DNA of 64,000 nt from a virus. The notes below the pieces were generated by a model that saw only the letters and a list, made by a program, of their open reading frames with translations, was not told where the DNA came from and did no database searches. The translations under genes and the position numbers were made by a program. Shown here piece after piece: positions 23,648 to 31,834 of this stretch (positions are counted from its first letter, which is position 1; every line of letters begins with the position of its first letter). The stretch lies in IMG/VR virus record IMGVR_UViG_3300050500_000418; one strand, 5' to 3'.

Positions 23648-23860
23648 ATGAGCACTGATGACGTCGACCAGTTCCTCGAGGAGCACGGCCTCACCATCCG
23701 GGTCACCCGGGGGCCGAGCTTCACCGTCGAGGATGAGCTCGGCCAGCTCGTCGTGGACGCCCCCTACCTGGAGGCCCTCGACGCCCTGTCCGAGATCACG
23801 GACGTCGCCGACGCGGACGCCATCCTGTCCGCGGCCGTCGACGGTCGTCTGGCCGCCTGA
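23648..23860 (+). CDS. hypothetical acidic protein (leaderless, MST.. start)
   Basis: ORF track. Confidence 0.6.
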   Translation: MSTDDVDQFLEEHGLTIRVTRGPSFTVEDELGQLVVDAPYLEALDALSEITDVADADAILSAAVDGRLAA

Positions 23861-23916
23861 CTCGGCGCTCTACCCGAGACCGGCCACCGGGCCGGCCCAC
23901 GAGTAGTGGAGCACCC

Positions 23917-24621
23917 GTGAACCTGAACCGACCGCGTCTGGGCCTGGCCGGCCTCGGCGCCCTCATCCTCATGGCCGCCAGCGCATGCTTCCCCCAGTCA
24001 CCCACGCCCGCAGAGCCGTGCCCCACGGACCGGCCCGTCGACGTCTACGAGTTCGGTGACAGCCTCACCGCCTGGGCCAAGAACACCCCCGCCCCCCGGG
24101 CCGGCGAGAGTGAGCCGGGCTTCACCGGCATCTGCCAGCGCTTCACCGAGCAGACGAGCGTGGGCATCTCCGTCAACGCCATGGGAGGCACGAAGGTCCG
24201 CGACCACTTCCCCACGATGCCCAACCTCCTCGCCGGGAAGTGCGCCATGGTCTTCCTGGCCACCAACGACATCGGCAACCTGACCCTCGCCGAGGCGAAG
24301 GCCGACGCTCTGGCCGCCATGAACATCCTCCGCGACGCCGGAGTCCGGCGCATCGTGTGGGGCCTCCTCGACGAGAACAGCGCATCCCACCGCACCGCGG
24401 CCATCGCGTCCAAGACGGTCGCGTACAACGCGTGGCTCATCGACGTGGCCCAGTCGGCCACGTACGGTGACCTCCTGGTCCTCGCTGACTGGCGCGCCGC
24501 GTCCGCCGGCCACGATGACTACCTGCTCCTGGCCAGCAACGATCCCATCCACCACACCGACGCCGGGGCCGACGCCTACGCGGCCTTCATCGTCGCCTCC
24601 TACCTGGAGCTTTGCTCATGA
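23917..24621 (+). CDS. SGNH/GDSL-family hydrolase, putative lipoprotein
   Basis: ORF track; signal + ..LMAASAC; block I FGDSLT, block III LATNDIGN, block V DPIHHTD. Confidence 0.7.
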   Translation: MNLNRPRLGLAGLGALILMAASACFPQSPTPAEPCPTDRPVDVYEFGDSLTAWAKNTPAPRAGESEPGFTGICQRFTEQTSVGISVNAMGGTKVRDHFPTMPNLLAGKCAMVFLATNDIGNLTLAEAKADALAAMNILRDAGVRRIVWGLLDENSASHRTAAIASKTVAYNAWLIDVAQSATYGDLLVLADWRAASAGHDDYLLLASNDPIHHTDAGADAYAAFIVASYLELCS

Positions 24622-24872
24622 TCGTCGCCCTCCAAGCCGCCGGCATCTACGGCGCCGTGGCCCTCACTGTCCTGTGGCTCATGGTCATCGTGGCCATCAT
24701 CCAGGACGCCTTCGCACCGCAGCCCGGCCTCGTGGGGCGCTTCTCGAGCCGCCCCATCCAGGCCCGGCCGCTGCCACCCTCCGTGGCTCTGACCGAGCGC
24801 ATCCAGGCCCGCATCATGGCGGCACCCTCGCCGCTGGCCCTCCCGGTGGCACCATGGCGACCGACGGCCTGA
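24618..24872 (+). CDS. small membrane protein
   Basis: ATG 24618 (ATGA overlap) in frame of ORF-track 24612..24872; hydrophobic N-terminus. Confidence 0.5.
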   Translation: MIVALQAAGIYGAVALTVLWLMVIVAIIQDAFAPQPGLVGRFSSRPIQARPLPPSVALTERIQARIMAAPSPLALPVAPWRPTA

Positions 24873-25312
24873 CCGTCACCCTCCTGGCGTTGCTCGCGAC
24901 GTGGAGCCTCACCCAGCTCGCCACCCGCGACGTCATCACCGCCCGGTACCGGGCGGGCCTTCGCCGATGGCTGAGGGCCCGCCGGCATCGCCAGACCTTC
25001 GTCCCCTACGAGGGTGTGTACCTCTGCTCCTGTGGCTACGAGACGGGCGACCAGGACGCCTTCGTGGACCACATCGTTGTCGGCCGCGTCGAGGCGACGC
25101 AGGGCTGGGCGTACAAGCTCACCACGTGCCCATGGTGCGTGAGCTTCTACATCGCCGCCGTCGTGGGACTCAGCGCGGCGTGGCTGGGCGACACCTTCTG
25201 GTGGCAAGTCACCGCGTTCGCCCTCGGCGCCCGGGTCTTCACCGGTGCGACCGTCACGAAGCTAGGACCACCCCCCGACGACGACGAGGACATCGCCGAT
25301 GATCCCCTCTGA
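24854..25312 (+). CDS. DUF1360-like membrane protein
   Basis: ATG 24854 in frame of ORF-track 24467..25312; ..LTQLATRDVIT.. and ..TTCPWCVSFYIAAVVG.. motifs. Confidence 0.55.
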   Translation: MATDGLTVTLLALLATWSLTQLATRDVITARYRAGLRRWLRARRHRQTFVPYEGVYLCSCGYETGDQDAFVDHIVVGRVEATQGWAYKLTTCPWCVSFYIAAVVGLSAAWLGDTFWWQVTAFALGARVFTGATVTKLGPPPDDDEDIADDPL

Positions 25313-25850
25313 CGACCAGCGCCCCGTGCCCCTACTGATCCTCGACCTCGACGGGACCGTCCGGTTCGGGAAGGACGAGTTGGGGCACTTCGTCAACAGC
25401 CCCGACGACGTGAAGATCTTCCCGGAGGCCATCGATCGCATGGCCGCGTGGAAGGCCCGAGGCGGCCGCATCATCGGCGTGTCCAACCAGGGCGGAGTCG
25501 CCCTGGGCATCGTCACACGCGCCGCTGCCCAAGCGGCCGTCGCCGAGACGAACCGCCAGACGGGCGGCCTCTTCGACGCTGCCCTCCTCTGCCCGCACCA
25601 CCCCCAGGCGCCCGACCCGGCGATGCGCCGCTGCTGGTGCCGCAAGCCCCGCGCCGGCCTGGCCATCGAGGCTGCCACCATCCTGACGATCCACTACCCC
25701 AACGACTACTACCCCGCCGACCAGATGCTCGTCGTGGGTGACCGCGACGAGGACCGAGGGTGCGCCCAGGCCCTGAGCGCGGACTTCCTGCCAGCCAGCG
25801 CTTGGCGCGAGGACGGCCCCACCTCACCCCTCCGAAGCTGCCCCGTATGA
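25299..25850 (+). CDS. HAD-IIIA phosphatase, GmhB-like (heptose bisphosphate phosphatase family)
   Basis: ORF track; DLDGTV, GVSNQ, VGDRDED motifs plus CPHHP..CWCRKP zinc motif. Confidence 0.65.
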   Translation: MIPSDDQRPVPLLILDLDGTVRFGKDELGHFVNSPDDVKIFPEAIDRMAAWKARGGRIIGVSNQGGVALGIVTRAAAQAAVAETNRQTGGLFDAALLCPHHPQAPDPAMRRCWCRKPRAGLAIEAATILTIHYPNDYYPADQMLVVGDRDEDRGCAQALSADFLPASAWREDGPTSPLRSCPV

Positions 25851-26140
25851 GCGACGCGATCATCGGCCCCGTGCAACGGAGGGCCCACGGTGACGTACAC
25901 GCCGCTGTGACGTGCATGCTCCACGGCCAGGACGCCGCCGCCCGCGAGATCCTCTTCACCAGCCCCGCCCCCGTCGCGGTCGCGTACGCCGCCGTCGTCG
26001 AGCTGGTCACCGCCATCCAGACGCTGGGCGAGGTGACGGCCAGCGATCCCAAGGAGGGATGGGCGCTGCTGTGCCAGCACTGGTCCGGCGACCCCGACAC
26101 CGGAGGGCCAGGGTTGACCGAACCCGCTAACCCGGGTTAG
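25847..26140 (+). CDS. hypothetical protein
   Basis: ATG 25847 (ATGA overlap) in frame of ORF-track 25760..26140; reads through next -35 and stops at palindrome TAG. Confidence 0.55.
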   Translation: MSDAIIGPVQRRAHGDVHAAVTCMLHGQDAAAREILFTSPAPVAVAYAAVVELVTAIQTLGEVTASDPKEGWALLCQHWSGDPDTGGPGLTEPANPG

Positions 26141-26143
26141 TAT
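26114..26143 (+). promoter_or_regulatory. cassette: -35 TTGACC, CTAACCCGGGTTAG, -10 TAGTAT
   Basis: Near-identical to copy at 16874; ATGAGCAC at 26150. Confidence 0.7.
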
Positions 26144-26149
26144 CTGGGC

Positions 26150-26740
26150 ATGAGCACGACCGATCGCCAGGCCACCCTCACCATCGCCCTCACGGGCATC
26201 TACCAGGCCATCCGGGCCGCTGGCGTCAGCGACGCCCACTTCGACGCCCTGGCCGAGCGCGTCGAGCTGTTCTACGACCTCGACGAACTGGAGGAGTTCG
26301 TCAGCATGGTCACCATCCGCGTCGAGGACGGCCGTACCGCCTACTCGGCCGCCATGGAAGCCGCCGCCATGCTCGTCGATGACGGCCTCTTCGAGGCGGC
26401 CCGCGCTCACGGCGGCGGCTGGGACGCCCTCTACGGCGCCCCCGAGGCTGAGGACCCCATCTACGCGGACTACTACCACGGCGTGGCCCACGCCCTCCTC
26501 GCCGGTGACGGGCTGCGCCTGTGCACCACCATCGGCCACGAGACCCCGGACCTTGACGTGGCCGAGGCGCTGGTCGCCGTTGCCGTGACCCCCGACCAGG
26601 CCATGGGCCTCGTGTCGGTGACGGTCATCCCCCGGTCGACCATGGTCCACCAGGCGTTCGGTTCGCTGCCTGAGGGCGTCGTGGAGGGTGTGACGACCCT
26701 CGTGCTGGACTGGGAGGAGCAGGTCTACATCCGGCACTAG
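26150..26740 (+). CDS. hypothetical acidic protein (leaderless, MST.. start)
   Basis: ORF track. Confidence 0.65.
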   Translation: MSTTDRQATLTIALTGIYQAIRAAGVSDAHFDALAERVELFYDLDELEEFVSMVTIRVEDGRTAYSAAMEAAAMLVDDGLFEAARAHGGGWDALYGAPEAEDPIYADYYHGVAHALLAGDGLRLCTTIGHETPDLDVAEALVAVAVTPDQAMGLVSVTVIPRSTMVHQAFGSLPEGVVEGVTTLVLDWEEQVYIRH

Positions 26741-26935
26741 CGCCGGCCGGTCCCGGGCCGGTAGCCTCTACAGCCCCGGGACCTCCCTCCCGGCCCCAAC
26801 TCAGTTCCACAGCTCGGCCCCTGGGACGCCCCCCGTCCGGGGGCCGATGCGCGTCTGGTCCCCTGCCCGCCTCGATGGCGACAGGTACGCTCAGCGGCAT
26901 CGTGCCCAGGCATCCCCTCCCGGTGCGGCGCCGCG

Positions 26936-29545
26936 ATGGCTGCTGACGACACAGGCGACCGCGCCGGCGCGTCCGTCGTGCTCGCGTCGCGTCCTGGACG
27001 CCCCGCTCCGGCCCCTCCTGCGGCGTCTCCTGCCATCGAGGCGCCGGCCGCTTCTGCACCCCCCGCCCGGTCCCTGACGGCCGCGGCGCGGCGCATCGAT
27101 CTGACGACCCGCGACGGACGGCGCATCATCACGAAGCCCTCCGAGCGGGACAAGGCCATCTGGTCCTTCATCCGCTCAGTCCCCGAAGCGAAGTTCGCTG
27201 TGCGGTTCATGGGCAACGCCCTATCCCGGGTGACCCTCTACCCGGGCGTCATCGTGGACCCGGCCGAGGCGCCCGTGCCCGTCGACCAAGCCGTCGACGA
27301 CCCTGAGATCAAGCTGCCCCCGCAGATCGCAGCGGACGCCCTATCCGAGCATGAGCGCATCACCGCCGGCCCCGACGGGCAGGCCGGCCTCATGCGCGGA
27401 TTCGGCGAGAACCTGACGGCCACCGGCGAGGCGTACCTGGTGGGCCGCGGCGCCGACGAATTCGACCCCGTCATCGACGACGAGGTGTGGCAGGTCTACT
27501 CCAAGAGCAACATCGTCGCCGGCCGCGGGCAGGACAGCATCCTCCTCAAGTCCAGCCCCAAGGACCCCGGCCGCGAGCTGGCGCCCGACGACCTCCTCTA
27601 CCGCGTCTGGCGCCGCGACACCGAGTGGCCCGACATCGCCGACGCCGGCATCGGGTCGGTCATCGATGAGCTGGAGGAGCTGCTCATCTACTCGCGGCAG
27701 TTCCGCGCCGTGGGCAAGAGCCGCAACCCCGCCGGCATCCTCCTCCTCCCCTCCGAGCTGGACCCGCCCAAGCCCCAGCGCGCCCAGGGCGCCGCCGGCC
27801 AGACGCCCACCCCCGACCCGGCTGACCAGACGCCCGCCGACGGGTGGACGCAATTCGAGACGAGCCTCGTGCGGAGCCTCATCGCTCCCAACGAGGATGA
27901 CGGGTCCGCCGCCAGCGTCGTCCCCCACATCATCAAGGGACCCGGCAGCATCCTCGAGAAGGTCCGCCACCTACTCCTCGACCGGACGATCGACAAGGAA
28001 GCGATCGGCCGCATGAAGTTCCTCATCGAGCGGATCGCGCACGGCGTCGACCTGCCCGTTGAGGTCCTCACCGGCATCGCTGACGCCAACCACTGGACGG
28101 GCTGGCAAATCGAGGACTCCACGTGGAAGGCCCACGTGGAGCCCACCGCCCAAATCCCCGCCATCGGCCTCACGGCCGTGCACCTGCGCCCCGCCCTCCT
28201 CGGGCACGGCCACGACCGCCAGTGGGTCCGCCGCATCGTCTTCGGCGTGGACCCCTCCCGGCTGGTGGTGCGACCCAACCGCGCCGCTGACGCACAGAAG
28301 GCCCATGAGGCCATCGTCATCAGCGACGAGGCGTACCGCGGACACCTGGGCTTCGCCGAGTCCGACGCCCCCACAGAGGAGGAGCGCCTCCGCCGCTACG
28401 CCCTCGAGAAGTCCGGCATCGGCCAGGACATCACAGCCCAGCTCTTCAACTTCCTGCGCCTCCTGCCCCCCGAGGCGCTGGGCCTCGACCCGCACAAGCC
28501 CGTCCTCATCCCCTCCGAGATCGCAGCCAAGGCCGGCGCCGAGGCCGCCATCGAAGTATCCGAGGCCGTCCCCGAGGACGCACCGCCGGCCGATGACGCC
28601 ACCCCCGAGGAGGGCGGCGACCCCACCCCCGACACTGAGCCGGCCGAGCCGCCCGAGGATGACGCTGCGAGTGACACGGCCGCCGGCCTCACCGCCGCGG
28701 GCGTCGAGCTCACCGGCCTCGGCGAGACCCTTGACGGCATCGAGACCCGCCTCCGGGACCGCCTCCAAGTCGCCGCGTCCGGCGAGATGAACAGGGCCCT
28801 CACCCGAGCAGGCAACCGCATCCGCGGGTCCGTGCAAGGCGACCCCGAGGCGCGCGACGAGGTCAACGGCGTGCCCGCCGAATCGGTGGGCCTCATCCTG
28901 GGCACCGAACGCTCACCCGTCACTGACCCTGAGCAGCTCCTGGTCGGCGCCTTCGAGGACCTACGCGGCCAGTGGGACGCCTGGGTCACTGACGCTGAGG
29001 CGGCCGCCGCCACCGCTGTGGCCACCAGCTCAACCACCGACGCCACGCCCGATGACGGGAGCACCGACCGTGACGCCGGCTGGACTGCCCTGTACCTCGG
29101 CCTCCTGGCCTACGCAGCGCCCCGCATCTTCCAGGCCGTAGACGCTGAGGGAGGCGAGGCTGATCTGACGCTGTCGGTGCCCGCCGGCATCATCCGCGAC
29201 GCCCTGACCGTCGCCGGTGGGGGCCAGAGCGGGTTCGCTCCGGCCGGCCTCGTGGGCCAAGTCGGTCCGCCAGGTCTGCTGACGGGCCCCCGCTGGCGCG
29301 AGCGCCTCGCCGCCCAGGGCATCCGAGTCGTGGCCCTCACCTGGAACGTGGGCTTCCCCTCCGCTCCCTTCGCCCCGCATCAGGCCCTCGCCGGGACCGT
29401 CTTCAGTGACTGGCAGGACCCGCAACTCACGAACGGGGGGACGTTCCCCGCCACATCCCACTTCTACCCAGGAGACCATCGAGGCTGTCAGTGCTCCACC
29501 GGCTCGATCCTGGTACAACTCAATCGACAGGAGGACGCAGCATGA
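26936..29545 (+). CDS. portal protein, apparently fused to a C-terminal MuF/SPP1-gp7-like head-morphogenesis domain
   Basis: ORF track; 869 aa between terminase and protease; C-terminal ..HFYPGDHRGCQCSTG.. resembles the MuF HPNCRC motif. N-terminal start uncertain. Confidence 0.6.
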   Translation: MAADDTGDRAGASVVLASRPGRPAPAPPAASPAIEAPAASAPPARSLTAAARRIDLTTRDGRRIITKPSERDKAIWSFIRSVPEAKFAVRFMGNALSRVTLYPGVIVDPAEAPVPVDQAVDDPEIKLPPQIAADALSEHERITAGPDGQAGLMRGFGENLTATGEAYLVGRGADEFDPVIDDEVWQVYSKSNIVAGRGQDSILLKSSPKDPGRELAPDDLLYRVWRRDTEWPDIADAGIGSVIDELEELLIYSRQFRAVGKSRNPAGILLLPSELDPPKPQRAQGAAGQTPTPDPADQTPADGWTQFETSLVRSLIAPNEDDGSAASVVPHIIKGPGSILEKVRHLLLDRTIDKEAIGRMKFLIERIAHGVDLPVEVLTGIADANHWTGWQIEDSTWKAHVEPTAQIPAIGLTAVHLRPALLGHGHDRQWVRRIVFGVDPSRLVVRPNRAADAQKAHEAIVISDEAYRGHLGFAESDAPTEEERLRRYALEKSGIGQDITAQLFNFLRLLPPEALGLDPHKPVLIPSEIAAKAGAEAAIEVSEAVPEDAPPADDATPEEGGDPTPDTEPAEPPEDDAASDTAAGLTAAGVELTGLGETLDGIETRLRDRLQVAASGEMNRALTRAGNRIRGSVQGDPEARDEVNGVPAESVGLILGTERSPVTDPEQLLVGAFEDLRGQWDAWVTDAEAAAATAVATSSTTDATPDDGSTDRDAGWTALYLGLLAYAAPRIFQAVDAEGGEADLTLSVPAGIIRDALTVAGGGQSGFAPAGLVGQVGPPGLLTGPRWRERLAAQGIRVVALTWNVGFPSAPFAPHQALAGTVFSDWQDPQLTNGGTFPATSHFYPGDHRGCQCSTGSILVQLNRQEDAA

Positions 29546-31197
29546 GGACCTGGACGAGCCCGGCCGGCATCGCGTACGAGGACGTGCAAACGGGCGACGG
29601 GCGCATCTTCGTCGCCGGGTGCTTCTACTGGGACGACCCCGGGCAAGGCTGGCCCCACCGCCTCGACATCGAAGACGACGGGTGGCACGACGGGGCCCTC
29701 CTCATCGGGACCATCCGCACCATGGAACGCCGCGGCGACGGGACCATCGGCGCCGAGGGGTGGATGGACGACGAGACGACGGCCGGCATGGTCGCCGCCC
29801 GGATGCACGACCAGGGCATGCCCCTGGGCGTCTCCGTGGACCTCGACGACATGGCAGTCGAGTTCGTGGCCACCGACCTCGAGGAACCCGAGTCCGAGGA
29901 GGAGATGAGCGTGGTGTACGCCGCGCAGGGCCTCACCGCCTCGGCCATCTTCACCGACACCGGCGAGCTCCACTCCCTGAGCATCCCGGGCCTGCGCGGC
30001 GTCCTCGCCGCCGCCGGCATGGAGGGACTCCTCGCAGCGGCCGGCGACGGGGACCCCGACGACGGCGTCGTCATGTGGGCCGACTCCATGGACTCCATGA
30101 TCATGCGCTGCACCCGCGCTCGCATCCGCGGCCTCACCGAGGTGCAGATCCCCGCCTTCGCGCGGGCGGCCCTCCTCTACGCCGACGCCGGCGCCCCCGC
30201 CGACGACAGCGCACCCGAGGATGAGCCGGCCGTCGAGGAAGGCGACGGTGACGCCTCGGTGCGCGTCACCCACGAGCCCGCCCCGGAGACCACGGCCACG
30301 GGGTGCGGAGGTGAGTGTGGCTGCGGAGGTGATTGCGACGGTCAAGCCCTCGCCGCCGCGGCCACCACCTCCACCATCCCCGTGCGTCCCCCGGCCGCCT
30401 ACTTCACCGACCCGGGCTTCAGCAACGACGACGTCATCACTGTGGAGGACCCCGACACGGGCCGCACCCTGCGCGGCGTCCCGATGCAGTACCTCCCCTC
30501 CGGTGAGGTCCTGGGGCACATCGCCATGTGGGGCCAGTGCCACACCGGCTCCCCCTCCGGGCAGTGCGTCCTCACGCCCCACTCAGCATCCGGGTACCGG
30601 TGGTTCCAGCCCGGCCACATCGAGCTCGATGACGGGACCCTCCGCCCCAGCGGCAACCTGACGCTGGGCGGCGGCCACGCCGACGTCATGCTCTCCTACC
30701 GGGCCGCCCTCAACCACTACGACGACGTGAGCACCCAGGCCGCCCAGATCACAGCAGGCGAGGACCGCTACGGCGTATGGGTCCACGGCGCGGGCCTCCC
30801 GGACGTGTGGGACAACGAGCTGACCATGCGCAAGCTCCGGGCCGCCAGCCCCTCAGGGGACTGGCGATGGATCGGCGGCACCCTGGAGCTGATCATCGCC
30901 CACTGCGTCAACGGCCCCGGCTTCCCTGTTCCCCGCGCGCAGGTCGCATCGGGCGGGACCGTCACAGCCCTCGTCGCCGCGGGCGCCCGGGACATGGCAC
31001 TCCTCGCCGCCGCTGCACGAGGCGAGGCGGACCCGGCCGCCGCTCTGGCAGCGGAGGTCCGCGAGGCCATCGCCGCTGGCATCGCTGACGGCGTAGGCCA
31101 GGTGCTGGGAGCGCAGAGGGCACGCGAGACCGCCGACGCTCGGCGACGCCTCCTCGCCTCCCGCCGCGATCGCGTAGTGGCCAGCCTCAAGGGCTAG
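29542..31197 (+). CDS. prohead (capsid maturation) protease, HK97-type, with long C-terminal extension
   Basis: ATG 29542 (ATGA overlap) in frame of ORF-track 29491..31197; ..GWHDGALLIGTI.. and ..PLGVSVDLDD.. resemble His/Ser catalytic regions. Confidence 0.55.
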   Translation: MRTWTSPAGIAYEDVQTGDGRIFVAGCFYWDDPGQGWPHRLDIEDDGWHDGALLIGTIRTMERRGDGTIGAEGWMDDETTAGMVAARMHDQGMPLGVSVDLDDMAVEFVATDLEEPESEEEMSVVYAAQGLTASAIFTDTGELHSLSIPGLRGVLAAAGMEGLLAAAGDGDPDDGVVMWADSMDSMIMRCTRARIRGLTEVQIPAFARAALLYADAGAPADDSAPEDEPAVEEGDGDASVRVTHEPAPETTATGCGGECGCGGDCDGQALAAAATTSTIPVRPPAAYFTDPGFSNDDVITVEDPDTGRTLRGVPMQYLPSGEVLGHIAMWGQCHTGSPSGQCVLTPHSASGYRWFQPGHIELDDGTLRPSGNLTLGGGHADVMLSYRAALNHYDDVSTQAAQITAGEDRYGVWVHGAGLPDVWDNELTMRKLRAASPSGDWRWIGGTLELIIAHCVNGPGFPVPRAQVASGGTVTALVAAGARDMALLAAAARGEADPAAALAAEVREAIAAGIADGVGQVLGAQRARETADARRRLLASRRDRVVASLKG

Positions 31198-31202
31198 GAC
31201 TA

Positions 31203-31220
31203 CAAGGGCCAACGGCCCCA
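31203..31220 (+). repeat. direct repeat CAAGGGCCAACGGCCCC(A); partner at 31371-31388
   Basis: 17/18 match with one indel; the pair flanks the terminator and promoter cassette. Confidence 0.6.
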
Positions 31221-31237
31221 TCCATACCCCCACAAGC

Positions 31238-31267
31238 CCGGCCCCCGCCCCACCAGGCGGGGGCCGG
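31238..31267 (+). terminator. intrinsic-terminator-like hairpin after protease gene
   Basis: 12-bp perfect stem CCGGCCCCCGCC/GGCGGGGGCCGG, 6-nt loop. Confidence 0.55.
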
Positions 31268-31332
31268 CACGCGTCCGCAGCCCCTGCGACCTGCCCAAAC
31301 AAACCCGGGTTAGAAAAGTTCCGCCCAAACGC

Positions 31333-31362
31333 TTGACCTGCTGCGCTAACCCGGGTTAGTGT
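31333..31362 (+). promoter_or_regulatory. cassette: -35 TTGACC, CTAACCCGGGTTAG, -10 TAGTGT, with no start codon after it
   Basis: Exact palindrome 31346-31359; 18-nt spacing; expected start-site region CTCTCTTGCAAGG has no ATG/GTG. Confidence 0.65.
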
Positions 31363-31751
31363 CTCTCTTGCAAGGCCAACGGCCCCCCGGGGCCACCGGC
31401 CCCCGGTCCTTGAAAACTGAACCAACCGCCTGGCCAGTGGCCGGGCAGCCCGCAAGGTGGGCCACCGCCGACGCCATGAGCGTGCCGGGGAGCGGAGCCA
31501 CATCTTCGAGGGAACCATCGCTCAGCCCACGGGCTGGGGGGACTCCCCGGTACCTGCCCGGCCACAACGGCCAGCGACCACCCCTGGGGTAGTGAACCCA
31601 GCCGCGAGGCTGGGGAGGCACGACCTGCGGGAGCCCCACTAGCAACACCGGTGGGTGTCTGATCCCAGGGGAGGTCACACCATCGTTGAGGTGGTAGTCG
31701 GAGCACCGGCCATCCGCCGGGACCGCCGGCCATGACGCCTCAACCAAATCG

Positions 31752-31834
31752 CCGGAAGATGCGGGTTCGACTCCCGTCCAGTCCACAACGAGGGCTGGTA
31801 GCTCAACGGTCAGAGCACCGGGTTTCTTGTTCGG
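31752..31834 (+). ncRNA. circularly permuted tRNA-like module inside the large RNA
   Basis: Order: T-arm GCGGG-TTCGACT-CCCGT, CCAGTCC, 7-nt loop, GGGCTGG (7 complementary pairs incl. one G-U), D-arm GCTC-AACGGTCA-GAGC, then CCGGG-TTTCTTG-TTCGG hairpin. Confidence 0.55.

Noticed and set aside
26741-26935. 195-bp non-coding gap before the portal gene as a possible cos/pac site or small RNA
   Set aside because: Only short, imperfect hairpins were seen. There is no repeat, cassette or clear terminator, and nothing specific enough to report.
31531-31788. tmRNA hypothesis: GGGCTGG at 31531 could pair with CCAGTCC at 31778 next to the T-arm, giving a 258-nt tRNA-ended RNA
   Set aside because: There is no plausible tag reading frame; candidate frames end ..PPLG or ..PVGV rather than a hydrophobic Ala-rich tag. 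No tmRNA-like 5' D-loop analogue or pseudoknot pattern is recognisable. The nearer GGGCTGG at 31792 gives a simpler closed hairpin. The idea is kept only as something a covariance model should exclude.
31761-31798. attP core or integration scar derived from a host tRNA 3' end
   Set aside because: No integrase or excisionase is adjacent, and the site is in the middle of the head-gene block. The fragment is followed by a matching 5' half and D-arm, which an attP core would not carry. This cannot be fully excluded without the host genome.
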